NCBI GenBank assembly: GCA_016927995.1
Contig: JAFGLO010000007.1
Span: 17,467 to 81,466 of the forward strand
DNA: 64,000 nt
DNA from: Candidatus Dojkabacteria bacterium
Lineage (GTDB): Bacteria > Patescibacteriota > Dojkabacteria > JAFGLO01
Reading direction: 5' to 3'
Position 1 is the first letter of the stretch. Every line of letters begins with the position of its first letter. This document shows positions 1 through 9,460 of the stretch, piece after piece. The translations under genes and the position numbers were made by a program. The notes under the pieces are model-generated. The model saw only the letters and a list, made by a program, of their open reading frames with translations. It was not told the origin of the DNA and did not search any database.

Positions 1-986
1 CTATTTTCAAGAATTTTCTCGTATTCGCCACGTATCTTAAAATTCTGCCAAGGATCTGCAAGTGAAATGTTAAGCCCCAGTTGATCGGTTAAATAAAGTG
101 CAAGCCCGGGAAGCAGAGCCCCATCACCTACCAAATATACATCTTTGGGCGATGAAAACCCTGTTTGTGATTTGTAAAATTCAATGCCACGAACAACTTC
201 TCCTACAATGATTTTTACAATTGGTTCAAGTGAATTAAATATTTTCCCTTCAAGTTGTGAGGCTTCGAGTCCATATTTAATTTTGTATTCTTCAGCCTGT
301 GGATATTCAAGCGAAAAATCGTTCATAATGGATCTAGTAAGCGAATCCGACCCTGTAGAAATACTCTGAGAGAATACAAGATTACCTTGTTTCACAATAC
401 TCATGTCAGTAGTCTGAGAACCAAAATCAAGTACAATTGCTTCAGGAATCCCGGTTGTATGTTTTATCATTCGGGCAATAGCAACACCTTCGGTTTCTAT
501 TGCAATTGGTTCAAGCCCTGCACGTTCAAGTACATCAATGTAAGTTTGAATAATTTTTTTTGTAGCAGCAACCCTAAGTACAAGAAACTCCTGGGTTTCT
601 TTTTTCTCACCAAGTACGGTGTGATCAACTTGCATTTCCTCTATTGGGACAGGTAAAGACTGCTTAGCATCCCAGTATACTGCCTGAGCAAGCTCACTTT
701 CTTTTACACCTTTATATGTAGAGACTCGTGTTGAAACTACTGATTCAGGAACAGCAGCAACTACTTGCTTAACCCGTATTCCTGCATCGTTAATCATTTG
801 CCTAACAACAGAAGCAAGTCTGTCTTTGTGAACATCGTTTTCACTGTTTAAAACCCCAAATGGAGTTTTAATATTTCCTATTCCTGCAAGTTCCGGAGTT
901 TTGCTTGCAAAATTCTTTAGATAAACAGCTTTTACAGAATGATTTCCAAAATCTATTCCAAAATGATCGGGTAAACGCTCAGCCAT
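1..986 (-). CDS. pilM: Type IV pilus assembly protein PilM (3' part outside window)
   Basis: Hand translation from ATG at 986: MAERLPDHFGIDFGNHSVKAVYL...VVAAVPESVV...LDFGSQTTDMSIV...IKYGL...VYLVGDGALLPGL. This is the actin-like PilM/FtsA pattern. The frame runs off the window edge. Confidence 0.85.
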   Translation of the reverse strand, partial: MAERLPDHFGIDFGNHSVKAVYLKNFASKTPELAGIGNIKTPFGVLNSENDVHKDRLASVVRQMINDAGIRVKQVVAAVPESVVSTRVSTYKGVKESELAQAVYWDAKQSLPVPIEEMQVDHTVLGEKKETQEFLVLRVAATKKIIQTYIDVLERAGLEPIAIETEGVAIARMIKHTTGIPEAIVLDFGSQTTDMSIVKQGNLVFSQSISTGSDSLTRSIMNDFSLEYPQAEEYKIKYGLEASQLEGKIFNSLEPIVKIIVGEVVRGIEFYKSQTGFSSPKDVYLVGDGALLPGLALYLTDQLGLNISLADPWQNFKIRGEYEKILEN

Positions 987-1074
987 ATTTTGGGCAGTAA
1001 AATTAACAGACTAATTGTTACTCTAATAGTAGAATATTAAGGAATCCGTGTCAACCGAAATATGACAAAACCAG

Positions 1075-2181
1075 CTACTCTTTAAGCGGATGGAATTTCT
1101 TATGAGTATCTTCCGCAAATTTATCGGATGCATGAACATATCTTGTAGTCGTATTTAGACTTGCATGCCCCAAAAGTACTTGAATTGCAGCAGGTGATGC
1201 TCCATTTTCGGCCAAATATGTTGCAAATCCATGTCGCAAACTATGAGGAGTAGTAGGCACAACAATTCCCAGAAGTTTTCGATAAGCCGATAATTTTTCT
1301 TCAATATAATTTGTAGAAATTCTGGCGTTTTTTTCACCCTGACGACCACCACGATATGGTATAAAAAGTGCGGGTTTATCATCTTCACGAATCTTTAAAT
1401 ACTCTTTAATCCAGGTAAGGGCCCGCGGAGTAAGATATACAAACCGACCCTTTTTCCCTTTACCGATAACATAAATCTTACCGTTTTCGTTAATCTGATC
1501 ACGATCCAAAGATACAAGTTCAGATACACGCAAACCTGTAGAGAAAAGCACTTCAAGTATGGCCCGGTTGCGAAGTGCAATTTTATCGTCTTTTTCAAAT
1601 TCCATTGGTGCCTCGATAAGCTTTAAAAGTTCGTCAAATTCGGCTACCTGCGACTTTTTGCGCTCAGTTTTAATAAGCTTTATGGCATCGGGTGGAATAG
1701 GGCAGTCGTAGTCAAAATCAACTAAATACTTTAAATACGACCTAAGCGATGATAAAAATCTGTTAATGCTTGAAGCCTGCAAACCCTTTTGCGGTGCCTT
1801 GCCGTATCCATAACGCCCACGATAGGTTGGTACATCAATGCGCTGCCTCGATTTTACTTCATTGTTCTGCTGTTTCACTGTGCCACTATCAAGGCAAGCT
1901 TTCAAAGCAGTCTCCCTTGTAATAGGATCCCCACCTTTTTCTGGATGTAGCCGCTGCAGTACCTTTAAATCTTTTAAATACTCTCCAGTTTGAAGATAGC
2001 TTTTATATAGCGTTATTGTTTTTTTTGAAATGTTTCCAAACTTTTCGCCTTCTTTATCAATAAAAAGTGCAAATACGGAAAGGTCGCGTTTATAATTTTT
2101 TGTGGTCTTGTCACTGTAGTTACTTGCGGTAAGTTCGAGTAGGTAATCGTCTTGTTTGGGTAGATAAAACAGCTTTAGCAT
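1075..2181 (-). CDS. XerC/XerD-type tyrosine recombinase
   Basis: RNRAILEVLFSTGLRVSEL, GKGKK, TPHSLRHGFAT, LLGHASLNTTTRY; the full R-K-H-R-H-Y catalytic set is present. Confidence 0.95.
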   Translation of the reverse strand: MLKLFYLPKQDDYLLELTASNYSDKTTKNYKRDLSVFALFIDKEGEKFGNISKKTITLYKSYLQTGEYLKDLKVLQRLHPEKGGDPITRETALKACLDSGTVKQQNNEVKSRQRIDVPTYRGRYGYGKAPQKGLQASSINRFLSSLRSYLKYLVDFDYDCPIPPDAIKLIKTERKKSQVAEFDELLKLIEAPMEFEKDDKIALRNRAILEVLFSTGLRVSELVSLDRDQINENGKIYVIGKGKKGRFVYLTPRALTWIKEYLKIREDDKPALFIPYRGGRQGEKNARISTNYIEEKLSAYRKLLGIVVPTTPHSLRHGFATYLAENGASPAAIQVLLGHASLNTTTRYVHASDKFAEDTHKKFHPLKE

Positions 2182-2224
2182 GATATATCATTATATCAGA
2201 ACCTCTTATACCAAATACATTACG

Positions 2225-3514
2225 TTAATTATCGTTAAAGATTCCCACGAATAACATTGTATCAGTACTTTTGTCAACAATCATATACATAAATGTGTGA
2301 TCGGCCTTAAAGTAAAACTCATCAGTTTCCACAGACACAATATCAAACCCAACCGTTGTTACGGCAGCTGCTTCTGTTCCTTCTTCATCAACTTTTATGT
2401 ATGAATCATGCTTTACAAGATCTATTGCCAGTGAACAATCGTCTGTAATGCCGGAAAAGTCTGCAGAATCCGAAAAAGCCAGTTCCATACCCATATTATT
2501 CAAGAAATGATTCAGGAAAACACTATATTTCTGTTCAAATTTGGGAAATAGAACGGTCCCTTCATTAAGCTCCATAGCAGCTTCTAAGTCCGAAATGCTT
2601 TCAAACCTCCAAGTCTTCAAAAGACTTGAAACCGTATTTCCTTCTGTTGGCAATACAACATACATAACCAAATTTTCTTTCGCATAAGGAAGCTCAACTA
2701 TCTGCATTGTGTTGTCTTCGTAATAGTTAAGCTCCTGGTCGTAAAGAGCCATTAGATCAACGTAAAAAGGACCATACACATCGCCTACTGGATCAGAATC
2801 TATCATCCAATCCGGTGTAAACTTTTGATTTGGCAAAGTATTGTCGGGATTAAATTGGTATTGCCAATCCTGTTTAAAATAAACGGCATTCGCAAGAATC
2901 ATTCTAATATTAGAAAGCAGATTTGCAGTTACAACTTCCTTTATTTTGTCGTTGGTATTATCAGCAGCCCAGTTGTTAATGGCCAAAGCCGTTTCTAATG
3001 GATTTTCCGGATCAAAACCGTCAATTACAGATGTAAAATAGTTCTTTGCCACATTAACAAACTCATCCTTTAAATGGTATTCCTCACTAAGCCAAATTGC
3101 ATTTGCAGTATCTAAATACTCGGCATCGGTAAGATACTCTTGAAGAATCTTAAACTGCTCGTTTAGCTTGTTAATCTCTATATCATTAAGTCCAAGTGCC
3201 GAAAGCATCTGCTCCTGAGTTTCTCCATTGGCGCCGTTAGCCGCAAGTGCTAGAGCAATTTCAATACTTAACGGGGAAATAAATATAGAATATTTGTGGG
3301 CATCATGATGCGGTATAGGTGTGTATAGCGCAGTAAGCAGATCTAGTCCAAACTCATTAGAAGCCTCGACAACTTTCACACCATCTGTTGAATTAATTTC
3401 ATTAACCTTTGAATCATTTGATTTGCTTTTCCAGGCCAATATTATTGCAACTGTCAAAGTGGTCAAAAGCACTGACCCTGCGATAATTAAAAGTATTTTA
3501 CGCGTTTTGTCCAT
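2225..3514 (-). CDS. Serpin (serine protease inhibitor) with N-terminal membrane anchor
   Basis: IFISPLSI, LANAVYFKQDW, ELPY, VDEEGTEAAAVT hinge, FKADHTFMYMI; hydrophobic N-terminus. Confidence 0.95.
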   Translation of the reverse strand: MDKTRKILLIIAGSVLLTTLTVAIILAWKSKSNDSKVNEINSTDGVKVVEASNEFGLDLLTALYTPIPHHDAHKYSIFISPLSIEIALALAANGANGETQEQMLSALGLNDIEINKLNEQFKILQEYLTDAEYLDTANAIWLSEEYHLKDEFVNVAKNYFTSVIDGFDPENPLETALAINNWAADNTNDKIKEVVTANLLSNIRMILANAVYFKQDWQYQFNPDNTLPNQKFTPDWMIDSDPVGDVYGPFYVDLMALYDQELNYYEDNTMQIVELPYAKENLVMYVVLPTEGNTVSSLLKTWRFESISDLEAAMELNEGTVLFPKFEQKYSVFLNHFLNNMGMELAFSDSADFSGITDDCSLAIDLVKHDSYIKVDEEGTEAAAVTTVGFDIVSVETDEFYFKADHTFMYMIVDKSTDTMLFVGIFNDN

Positions 3515-3567
3515 TTCGTTTAAAACAAGTTAACTTAAACATATAGATATCCTAGGTTACACTCATT

Positions 3568-3873
3568 ATGATAAAATTGCACATGGCATATAAAAATAAT
3601 AACCAACCTTTCGTTTGCAAAAACTGCGGCAGGAAGGTCCCAAAACTTAAGGTAGGAAACCGAGACCACTGTCCTTTCTGTCTACACGGGCTACACGTAG
3701 ATATAGAACCCGGCGACAGAAATAATACCTGCCACGGTATACTAAAGCCGCTTAAAATCGTAACTCGCAAAGGCAAGCAGCAGATAGAATTTAAGTGTGA
3801 AAGCTGTGGCGATACCGTTTACTGTTTAATAGCTCCAGATGATAACCTTGAAGTGTTAAATAAAGCCTTATGA
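3568..3873 (+). CDS. RNHCP-domain zinc-ribbon protein (start probably ATG 3583)
   Basis: FVCKNCG, RDHCPFCLHGLHVD, PGDR, CESCG, APDDN. Confidence 0.85.
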   Translation: MIKLHMAYKNNNQPFVCKNCGRKVPKLKVGNRDHCPFCLHGLHVDIEPGDRNNTCHGILKPLKIVTRKGKQQIEFKCESCGDTVYCLIAPDDNLEVLNKAL

Positions 3874-4892
3874 AAGAAATTATCGCACTCTCCCCAATGG
3901 ATGGAATAACCGATCTTCCGTTTCGACTTATGGTAGAACAGTTTTCTCCAATGATAAATACAGTCTATACCGAATTTGTTAATGTACAAGGGTTATACGA
4001 GAAACCCGATTTGCACGTAAAGCGCTTACTCTACCGACCAGAAGAACCCAAAATATTCGCTCAGTTTTTTGGGAATGGATCTCAGCTTAAGTACTTCGAA
4101 ATTGCAGCTTTTATTGCCAAGCAAATGGGATTTGACGGAATTGATTTAAACTTAGGCTGTCCGGAAAAGCGAGTTGTTCAAAGTGGCGCAGGTTCAGCAT
4201 TAATCGGAAATGAAAAGACGGTAAAATCAATTATTTCCGCTATCCGTACAGGATTAAAATCAGATTACAGCACCGATTCAAAGGTTAAAAAAATATTAGC
4301 AGAAGTAAATAAGACGAGGGCAGCAGGATTTTTGAGACCACAGAAAAAAACATTGACCATAAGTATAAAAACACGACTAGGAATCAAAGAAGTAATGCCC
4401 GATACGTGGTGGAAATTTCTTGATACGCTCAAAGTTGATCTTATTACAATTCACGGTAGAACCCAATCCCAAATGTATTCCGGATCGGCAAATTGGAAAC
4501 ATATTCAAAAAATAAATAAACTTATGCAAACCCCGATTTTAGGAAACGGTGATATAGGTAAAGCATTTTTTACAGACGAAAACTATAATGCTCAAAACGA
4601 GCTTTCAAGCAAGCTCAAGATTACCCCCGAGGGTATATTAATTGGCCGTGGATTCTTGGGAAATGTGGATCTACTTTCGCGGCATAAAGTAACTCGCACA
4701 TTGAAGGGTCAGTTAAGTTTTATAAAAAAACATATTGAACTTTATAAAGCTTTCGCCCCTGAGTATATTGATCCGCTTAAAAAACATATTGTCTGGTACC
4801 TTAAGGGGCTTCCCGATGTTAAAGATCTAAAGCAAAAATTTATGGAATGTGAAACATACGAGGATTGTGATACAATTTTATCGCAGGTTTAA
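3870..4892 (+). CDS. tRNA-dihydrouridine synthase (Dus family)
   Basis: LSPMDGITDLPFR, IDLNLGCP, GAGSALI, IKTRLG, IHGRT, GNGDI. Confidence 0.93.
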   Translation: MKEIIALSPMDGITDLPFRLMVEQFSPMINTVYTEFVNVQGLYEKPDLHVKRLLYRPEEPKIFAQFFGNGSQLKYFEIAAFIAKQMGFDGIDLNLGCPEKRVVQSGAGSALIGNEKTVKSIISAIRTGLKSDYSTDSKVKKILAEVNKTRAAGFLRPQKKTLTISIKTRLGIKEVMPDTWWKFLDTLKVDLITIHGRTQSQMYSGSANWKHIQKINKLMQTPILGNGDIGKAFFTDENYNAQNELSSKLKITPEGILIGRGFLGNVDLLSRHKVTRTLKGQLSFIKKHIELYKAFAPEYIDPLKKHIVWYLKGLPDVKDLKQKFMECETYEDCDTILSQV

Positions 4893-4903
4893 AAAATATC
4901 CCC

Positions 4904-6217
4904 ATGAACATAACAATCGATCGTACTTGGAAATCTATTCTTTCAACACTTGAAAAGGATATTCCACCATTCACCTTAATCACAGGCAAAGCAGGAACAG
5001 GAAAATCCACACTACTTACACACTTTTTCGAGACCACATCTAAGAATTCCGTACTACTTGCACCAACAGGCGCAGCAGCAGTAAATATTGGCGGACAAAC
5101 AATCCACTCATTCTTTGGATTTACCCCAGCAACTACCATAAAAGATGTATTCGCCAAGGCGAAGAACAAATCCAACAACGTACACAAAGTAATAGAAAAA
5201 CTCGACTGCATTATCATTGATGAAATCTCTATGGTTAGAGCAGATCTTTTGGACTTTGTAGATACATTTCTTCGAATCTCAAAAGCATCAGATCAACCGT
5301 TTGGTGGGCTTCCAATAATTGCATTTGGCGACCTATACCAGCTTCCACCCATACTACAAAGAGACGAAATGGATGAATTTTCAATAATGTATGAAAGCCC
5401 ATACTTTTTTTCATCTCAAGTTATAAAACGAATCACAAAAGAAAGAGCTCTAAGTGCATTTACACTTGATACAATTTATCGTCAACGTGACGAAAAGTTT
5501 ATAAATATTCTTAATTCCATAAGAGAGGGCAACGCATCATTTCAAGGGTTAACATACCTAAATCAAAATTGCTTTAAGCTAACAAGTTCCGAAACAGACT
5601 CAATTTATTTAACAACCACAAATCAGAAGGCCGATATGGTAAATGAGCAGAGACTAGCGACTATTTCTAACCCGGTAAGAACATATACCGCGTATGTTTC
5701 CGGAGATTTTAAAGAAAACGCATTTCCAACACAAGAAATTCTAAAATTAAAAAAGGGTGCTCGAATAATGATGCTAAACAACGACAAAGACGGCAGATGG
5801 ATAAACGGAACACTCGGAAATATTACAGAACTCAAGGATGGATCTGTACTTGTACAGCTCGACGGACAAGCTGGACAAAATACAACTCATGAAATTTTCC
5901 CCAACGAATGGGAAATATTTAAAACAAGCTGGGACAATTTAACAAAATCTTTAAAAAAAGAGGTTGTTGGTTCATTTATTCAACTTCCTATAAGACTTGC
6001 CTGGGCAATTACAATCCACAAGAGCCAAGGTAAAACATTTGAAAAAGTTGTTATTGATCTTGAACGTGGTGCATTTAGCGAAGGGCAAACCTATGTTGCC
6101 CTAAGTAGGTGCACAAGTTTAGAAGGGTTAACCCTTTCACGACCTGTTAAACCGTCCGACATAAAAGTCGACCAACGAATTACAGATTTCTTGCAATCTG
6201 TTTCATCAATTGTTTAA
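4904..6217 (+). CDS. PIF1-family 5'-3' DNA helicase
   Basis: TGKAGTGKS, APTG, TIHSFF, IIDEISMV, GDLYQLPP, LAWAITIHKSQG, GQTYVALSR. Confidence 0.93.
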   Translation: MNITIDRTWKSILSTLEKDIPPFTLITGKAGTGKSTLLTHFFETTSKNSVLLAPTGAAAVNIGGQTIHSFFGFTPATTIKDVFAKAKNKSNNVHKVIEKLDCIIIDEISMVRADLLDFVDTFLRISKASDQPFGGLPIIAFGDLYQLPPILQRDEMDEFSIMYESPYFFSSQVIKRITKERALSAFTLDTIYRQRDEKFINILNSIREGNASFQGLTYLNQNCFKLTSSETDSIYLTTTNQKADMVNEQRLATISNPVRTYTAYVSGDFKENAFPTQEILKLKKGARIMMLNNDKDGRWINGTLGNITELKDGSVLVQLDGQAGQNTTHEIFPNEWEIFKTSWDNLTKSLKKEVVGSFIQLPIRLAWAITIHKSQGKTFEKVVIDLERGAFSEGQTYVALSRCTSLEGLTLSRPVKPSDIKVDQRITDFLQSVSSIV

Positions 6218-6271
6218 TCATCACCCGTTTCATCATTTATTCGTTCATCATCCGTTTCGTCATTTATTCGT
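6218..6271. repeat. 27-bp tandem duplication next to a REP
   Basis: tcatcacccgtttcatcatttattcgt followed by tcatcatccgtttcgtcatttattcgt. Confidence 0.8.
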
Positions 6272-6279
6272 TCATTATT

Positions 6280-6497
6280 GTAGAGACAGGTCTAGACCGA
6301 CATGTGTGCATAAAATCCACGAAAGACTCTAACTTCCCAAACGATATGATTAGAGTCTAAATAATCCATATTTTACGGGGGTCCTGAAAGAAATAATAAG
6401 ATCCAACACAACTTTACACACACCCGCACCCCCAACTTACAGAATGATTACCTAATAACGAATCTACAACTGTGTGTCGGTCTAGACCTGTCCCTAC
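6280..6497. mobile_element. GTAG-type REP palindrome interrupted by a 184-bp MITE-like insert (copy 1)
   Basis: GTAGAGACAGG-TCTAGA-[CCGACA...TGTCGG, 6297-6480]-TCTAGA-CCTGTCCCTAC; homologous to 23439-23656. Confidence 0.8.
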
Positions 6498-6519
6498 CCA
6501 AAACGTATAATGGAATATT

Positions 6520-7500
6520 ATGATAATCGTTACGGGCGCATCGGGTCATCTTGGAAATGTGCTGGTTCGATACCTTTTAACCATGGAAAAAGAGGTTGGG
6601 GTAGTGGACTTGGATCCCCAAAACGATCCCGTACTAAAAGATCTTCCGGTAAAAATGTATAAAGGCGACGTTCGTGATCTTGATTTTCTTATAAAAACTT
6701 TTAGCCAGGCAGAATATGTCTTTCATTTAGCAGGAATTGTTGCAATATCGCCAGGTAAAGAAGATCTCATGTACGACGTGAATATAAATGGAACTAAAAA
6801 CGTTGTTGCCGCCTGCATGAAGACAGGTATAAAGCGACTAGTATATACAAGTTCAGTACACGCTTTACATGAACCACCCAAAGGAATTCCACTAACAGAA
6901 AAACTAGGCGATCCCGAAAAAGTTTTAGGCCCATATGCAAAAACAAAAATATTGGGAACCCGTGAAATATTCAAAGGAATAAAAGCGGGGCTTAATGCCG
7001 TAATTACCTATCCATCCGGAGTTATTGGTCCATATGATTTTAAAGGTTCAGAAATGGGGAACCTTATAAACGACTACATCAAGGGGAAATTTAGATTTTA
7101 TCTTGATGGTGCCTATAATTTTGTTGACGTACGTGATATTGCACGAGGACTTTGGCTGGCAAAGGAAAAAGGCAAATCCGGTGAAGACTATATTCTTTCC
7201 GGATATACAATAACCGTTAAAGAACTGTTCCGCAGCCTGTCTGAACTTACGGGAATAAAACAACCTAAATTTAGAATGCAGACCTGGTTTGCAAAATTTG
7301 TAGCACCGCTTGCTGTCTTGTACTATAGAACTACAAAAACTACTCCTGTATTTACACCATACTCCATAAACGTTTTGAACTCTAATGCCGAGATGAGTTT
7401 TAAAAAAGCAAGTGCCGACCTGGGTTATACAGTTAGACCGCTTATAGACACGCTTAGCGCAATTATCCGTTGGCGAAAAGGGCAGAATATTGAAATTTAA
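6520..7500 (+). CDS. NAD-dependent epimerase/dehydratase (extended SDR, DFR/HpnA-like)
   Basis: VTGASGHLG, FHLAG, YTSS, YAKTK, FVDVRDIA. Confidence 0.9.
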   Translation: MIIVTGASGHLGNVLVRYLLTMEKEVGVVDLDPQNDPVLKDLPVKMYKGDVRDLDFLIKTFSQAEYVFHLAGIVAISPGKEDLMYDVNINGTKNVVAACMKTGIKRLVYTSSVHALHEPPKGIPLTEKLGDPEKVLGPYAKTKILGTREIFKGIKAGLNAVITYPSGVIGPYDFKGSEMGNLINDYIKGKFRFYLDGAYNFVDVRDIARGLWLAKEKGKSGEDYILSGYTITVKELFRSLSELTGIKQPKFRMQTWFAKFVAPLAVLYYRTTKTTPVFTPYSINVLNSNAEMSFKKASADLGYTVRPLIDTLSAIIRWRKGQNIEI

Positions 7501-7554
7501 AAACTTTTGGTATAATAGAAAATATCTAATTTATCCTTTGTTAAAAATAAGTCC

Positions 7555-7773
7555 ATGAGAACCAGTGCATACCAAATGAAAGCACGATCTAATCTTTCAA
7601 AATTTAAGCGCACCGTACCACAAAGTCTTGAACATATTGAAAGGTTACAGAACCTTCAAACCAAAGCAGCAGATATAAAAGCAAAGCTTGCCCAAAAATC
7701 CACAAAGGTCGATACTATACGCAAACTTCCTTCAAAATATGGAGAAAAGGTTCCAGCCAAACCCAAATCGTAA
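7555..7773 (+). CDS. Small basic hypothetical protein
   Basis: 72-aa Lys/Arg-rich ORF filling the gap, with TATAAT upstream; no motif recognised. Confidence 0.5.
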   Translation: MRTSAYQMKARSNLSKFKRTVPQSLEHIERLQNLQTKAADIKAKLAQKSTKVDTIRKLPSKYGEKVPAKPKS

Positions 7774-7814
7774 TAAAGAGAAGTTAAACGGCTCCCTAAA
7801 CAAACCCTGATTTT

Positions 7815-8678
7815 TTAAGTTTTTATTCTTAACAGCTCACTAAAGATATACTCATATATGTTTTCTATTAAATCTTCACCATTGTCTGTAGCAAAATGTG
7901 AGAACCCCGGAGAGCTATTAAGCTCAATCAGCCATAACTTGCCTACTTTATCCAAGGCAATATCAAACGCAAGATAATTTGCCGAAAGCTTTTCAAATAC
8001 ATAATCAACAATAGGTTGAAAGCTTGCAATTAAATTCACATCAGTCACTATTACCGCCTTTGAATTACTCCAATGAAGCGGACTTAGATTACCCTCAAAT
8101 GTAGCATTGGATATATCCTTTTTGTATGCTAAAAGTATCTTTTTTCTAAATACAATTACGCGATATTCAGACGCTACGTCCAAAAACTCTTGAACTACGG
8201 ATAAATAGTCATAGTCAGGAGTCTTCTCGAATATCACCCCAAGTGCGCTTTTAATTTCTTCACCATTTTCACATTTTTTTACATTGAGTCCTAGCGACCC
8301 TTTATTAGGCTTCACAATAACCGGGTATTTAAAGTATTTCTCGATATCAGTAATAATTTCATCCATGTTCTTAAACTTAACCCACATTTTATGCTCATCT
8401 TTAACATCAGGATCCAGATAGGCCCTCCACATTGGAATAAATTCCGGATCACAATCTGCGGTTAAAATACTATAGCTTAGATCTTTGTCTTTACAAATCT
8501 TTGAAATATCTACACTATCAAAGGCAGGGTGATGATGAATGAAAAAATAGGGTTTACCAATTGTTACCTTTAGACAGATACCATCTTTGTGTACAAAAGA
8601 GTAGGGTATGTTCAAAGTTTTGCATACTGTGATAATTGCACGCGTGTGAAGTGAGAGGTTTGAACTAATAGGTTCCAT
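7815..8678 (-). CDS. ATP-grasp ligase (RimK-like)
   Basis: YPVIVKPNKGSLG, VVQEFL, EYRV, AFDI, LIELNSSPGF. Confidence 0.85.
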   Translation of the reverse strand: MEPISSNLSLHTRAIITVCKTLNIPYSFVHKDGICLKVTIGKPYFFIHHHPAFDSVDISKICKDKDLSYSILTADCDPEFIPMWRAYLDPDVKDEHKMWVKFKNMDEIITDIEKYFKYPVIVKPNKGSLGLNVKKCENGEEIKSALGVIFEKTPDYDYLSVVQEFLDVASEYRVIVFRKKILLAYKKDISNATFEGNLSPLHWSNSKAVIVTDVNLIASFQPIVDYVFEKLSANYLAFDIALDKVGKLWLIELNSSPGFSHFATDNGEDLIENIYEYIFSELLRIKT

Positions 8679-8839
8679 GCAATAGCGCTTAATCTTATGT
8701 AGTCAATACTATAATCTGAATATTAATAACTGTAAAGTATTTATCAAGGGTATTAATAAATATTGTGATGTTAATTCCAGGTCCGAATGTTTGCAAAATT
8801 TATTAAATTGCACTATTTTAATATTACGAAAATACGATT

Positions 8840-9460
8840 ATGAAGAAAACAACATTTGTATACACAATAGGCATTGTCTTATTCTGTGGAGTTATAGGGC
8901 TTACAATAAGGTCACTCAGAAGCAGCTTTCTTACCTTAACCCCCTTTGTTATTTCAGTGATTACGCTGTTAATCCTTTTTCTTGAAACCAAAGAAAACAA
9001 AAATCTTTTATTTCCAGTAGCTATTACATATTTAATTACCTTTATAAGTGAAGTCATTGGAGTAAATACGGGATTCATTTATGGAAACTATGAATACAGT
9101 ACCCGTCTCGGACCCAAAATCATTAGTACACCTCCTTTAATTGGCTTTTTGTGGGTTGTACTCTTGCTTGGGTCCTTAAATATTTTCAAGGACCAAAAGC
9201 ATCCAATTATTAAAAGCCTTTGTGTAGCAAGTCTAATGACAGCGATAGATATAATAATAGAACCTGTTGCCATTAAACTTGACTTCTGGAGCTGGTTTGG
9301 GAAAAATCCACCTTTATACAATTATATTTCATGGTTTTTAGTAAGCTTTATAGGAGCCTTAGTTCTCAATGGATATAAACCCAAAGATAATTTATCCAAG
9401 ACAGTATTTTGGTTAATTGCAATATTTTTCTTTTTACTTAACCTTACTTATATACAATGA
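8840..9460 (+). CDS. Carotenoid biosynthesis membrane protein (CruF/DUF422, 1,2-hydratase-like)
   Basis: EVIGVNTGFIYGNYEY, LGPK, DIIIEPVA, FWSW, PLYNYISWF; overlaps the crtI start. Confidence 0.85.
   Translation: MKKTTFVYTIGIVLFCGVIGLTIRSLRSSFLTLTPFVISVITLLILFLETKENKNLLFPVAITYLITFISEVIGVNTGFIYGNYEYSTRLGPKIISTPPLIGFLWVVLLLGSLNIFKDQKHPIIKSLCVASLMTAIDIIIEPVAIKLDFWSWFGKNPPLYNYISWFLVSFIGALVLNGYKPKDNLSKTVFWLIAIFFFLLNLTYIQ

Noticed and set aside
1075-6217. Prophage or integrative element based on the tyrosine recombinase and PIF1 helicase
   Set aside because: The recombinase is XerC/D-like, the neighbours are cellular genes, and there are no phage or conjugation genes or att pair
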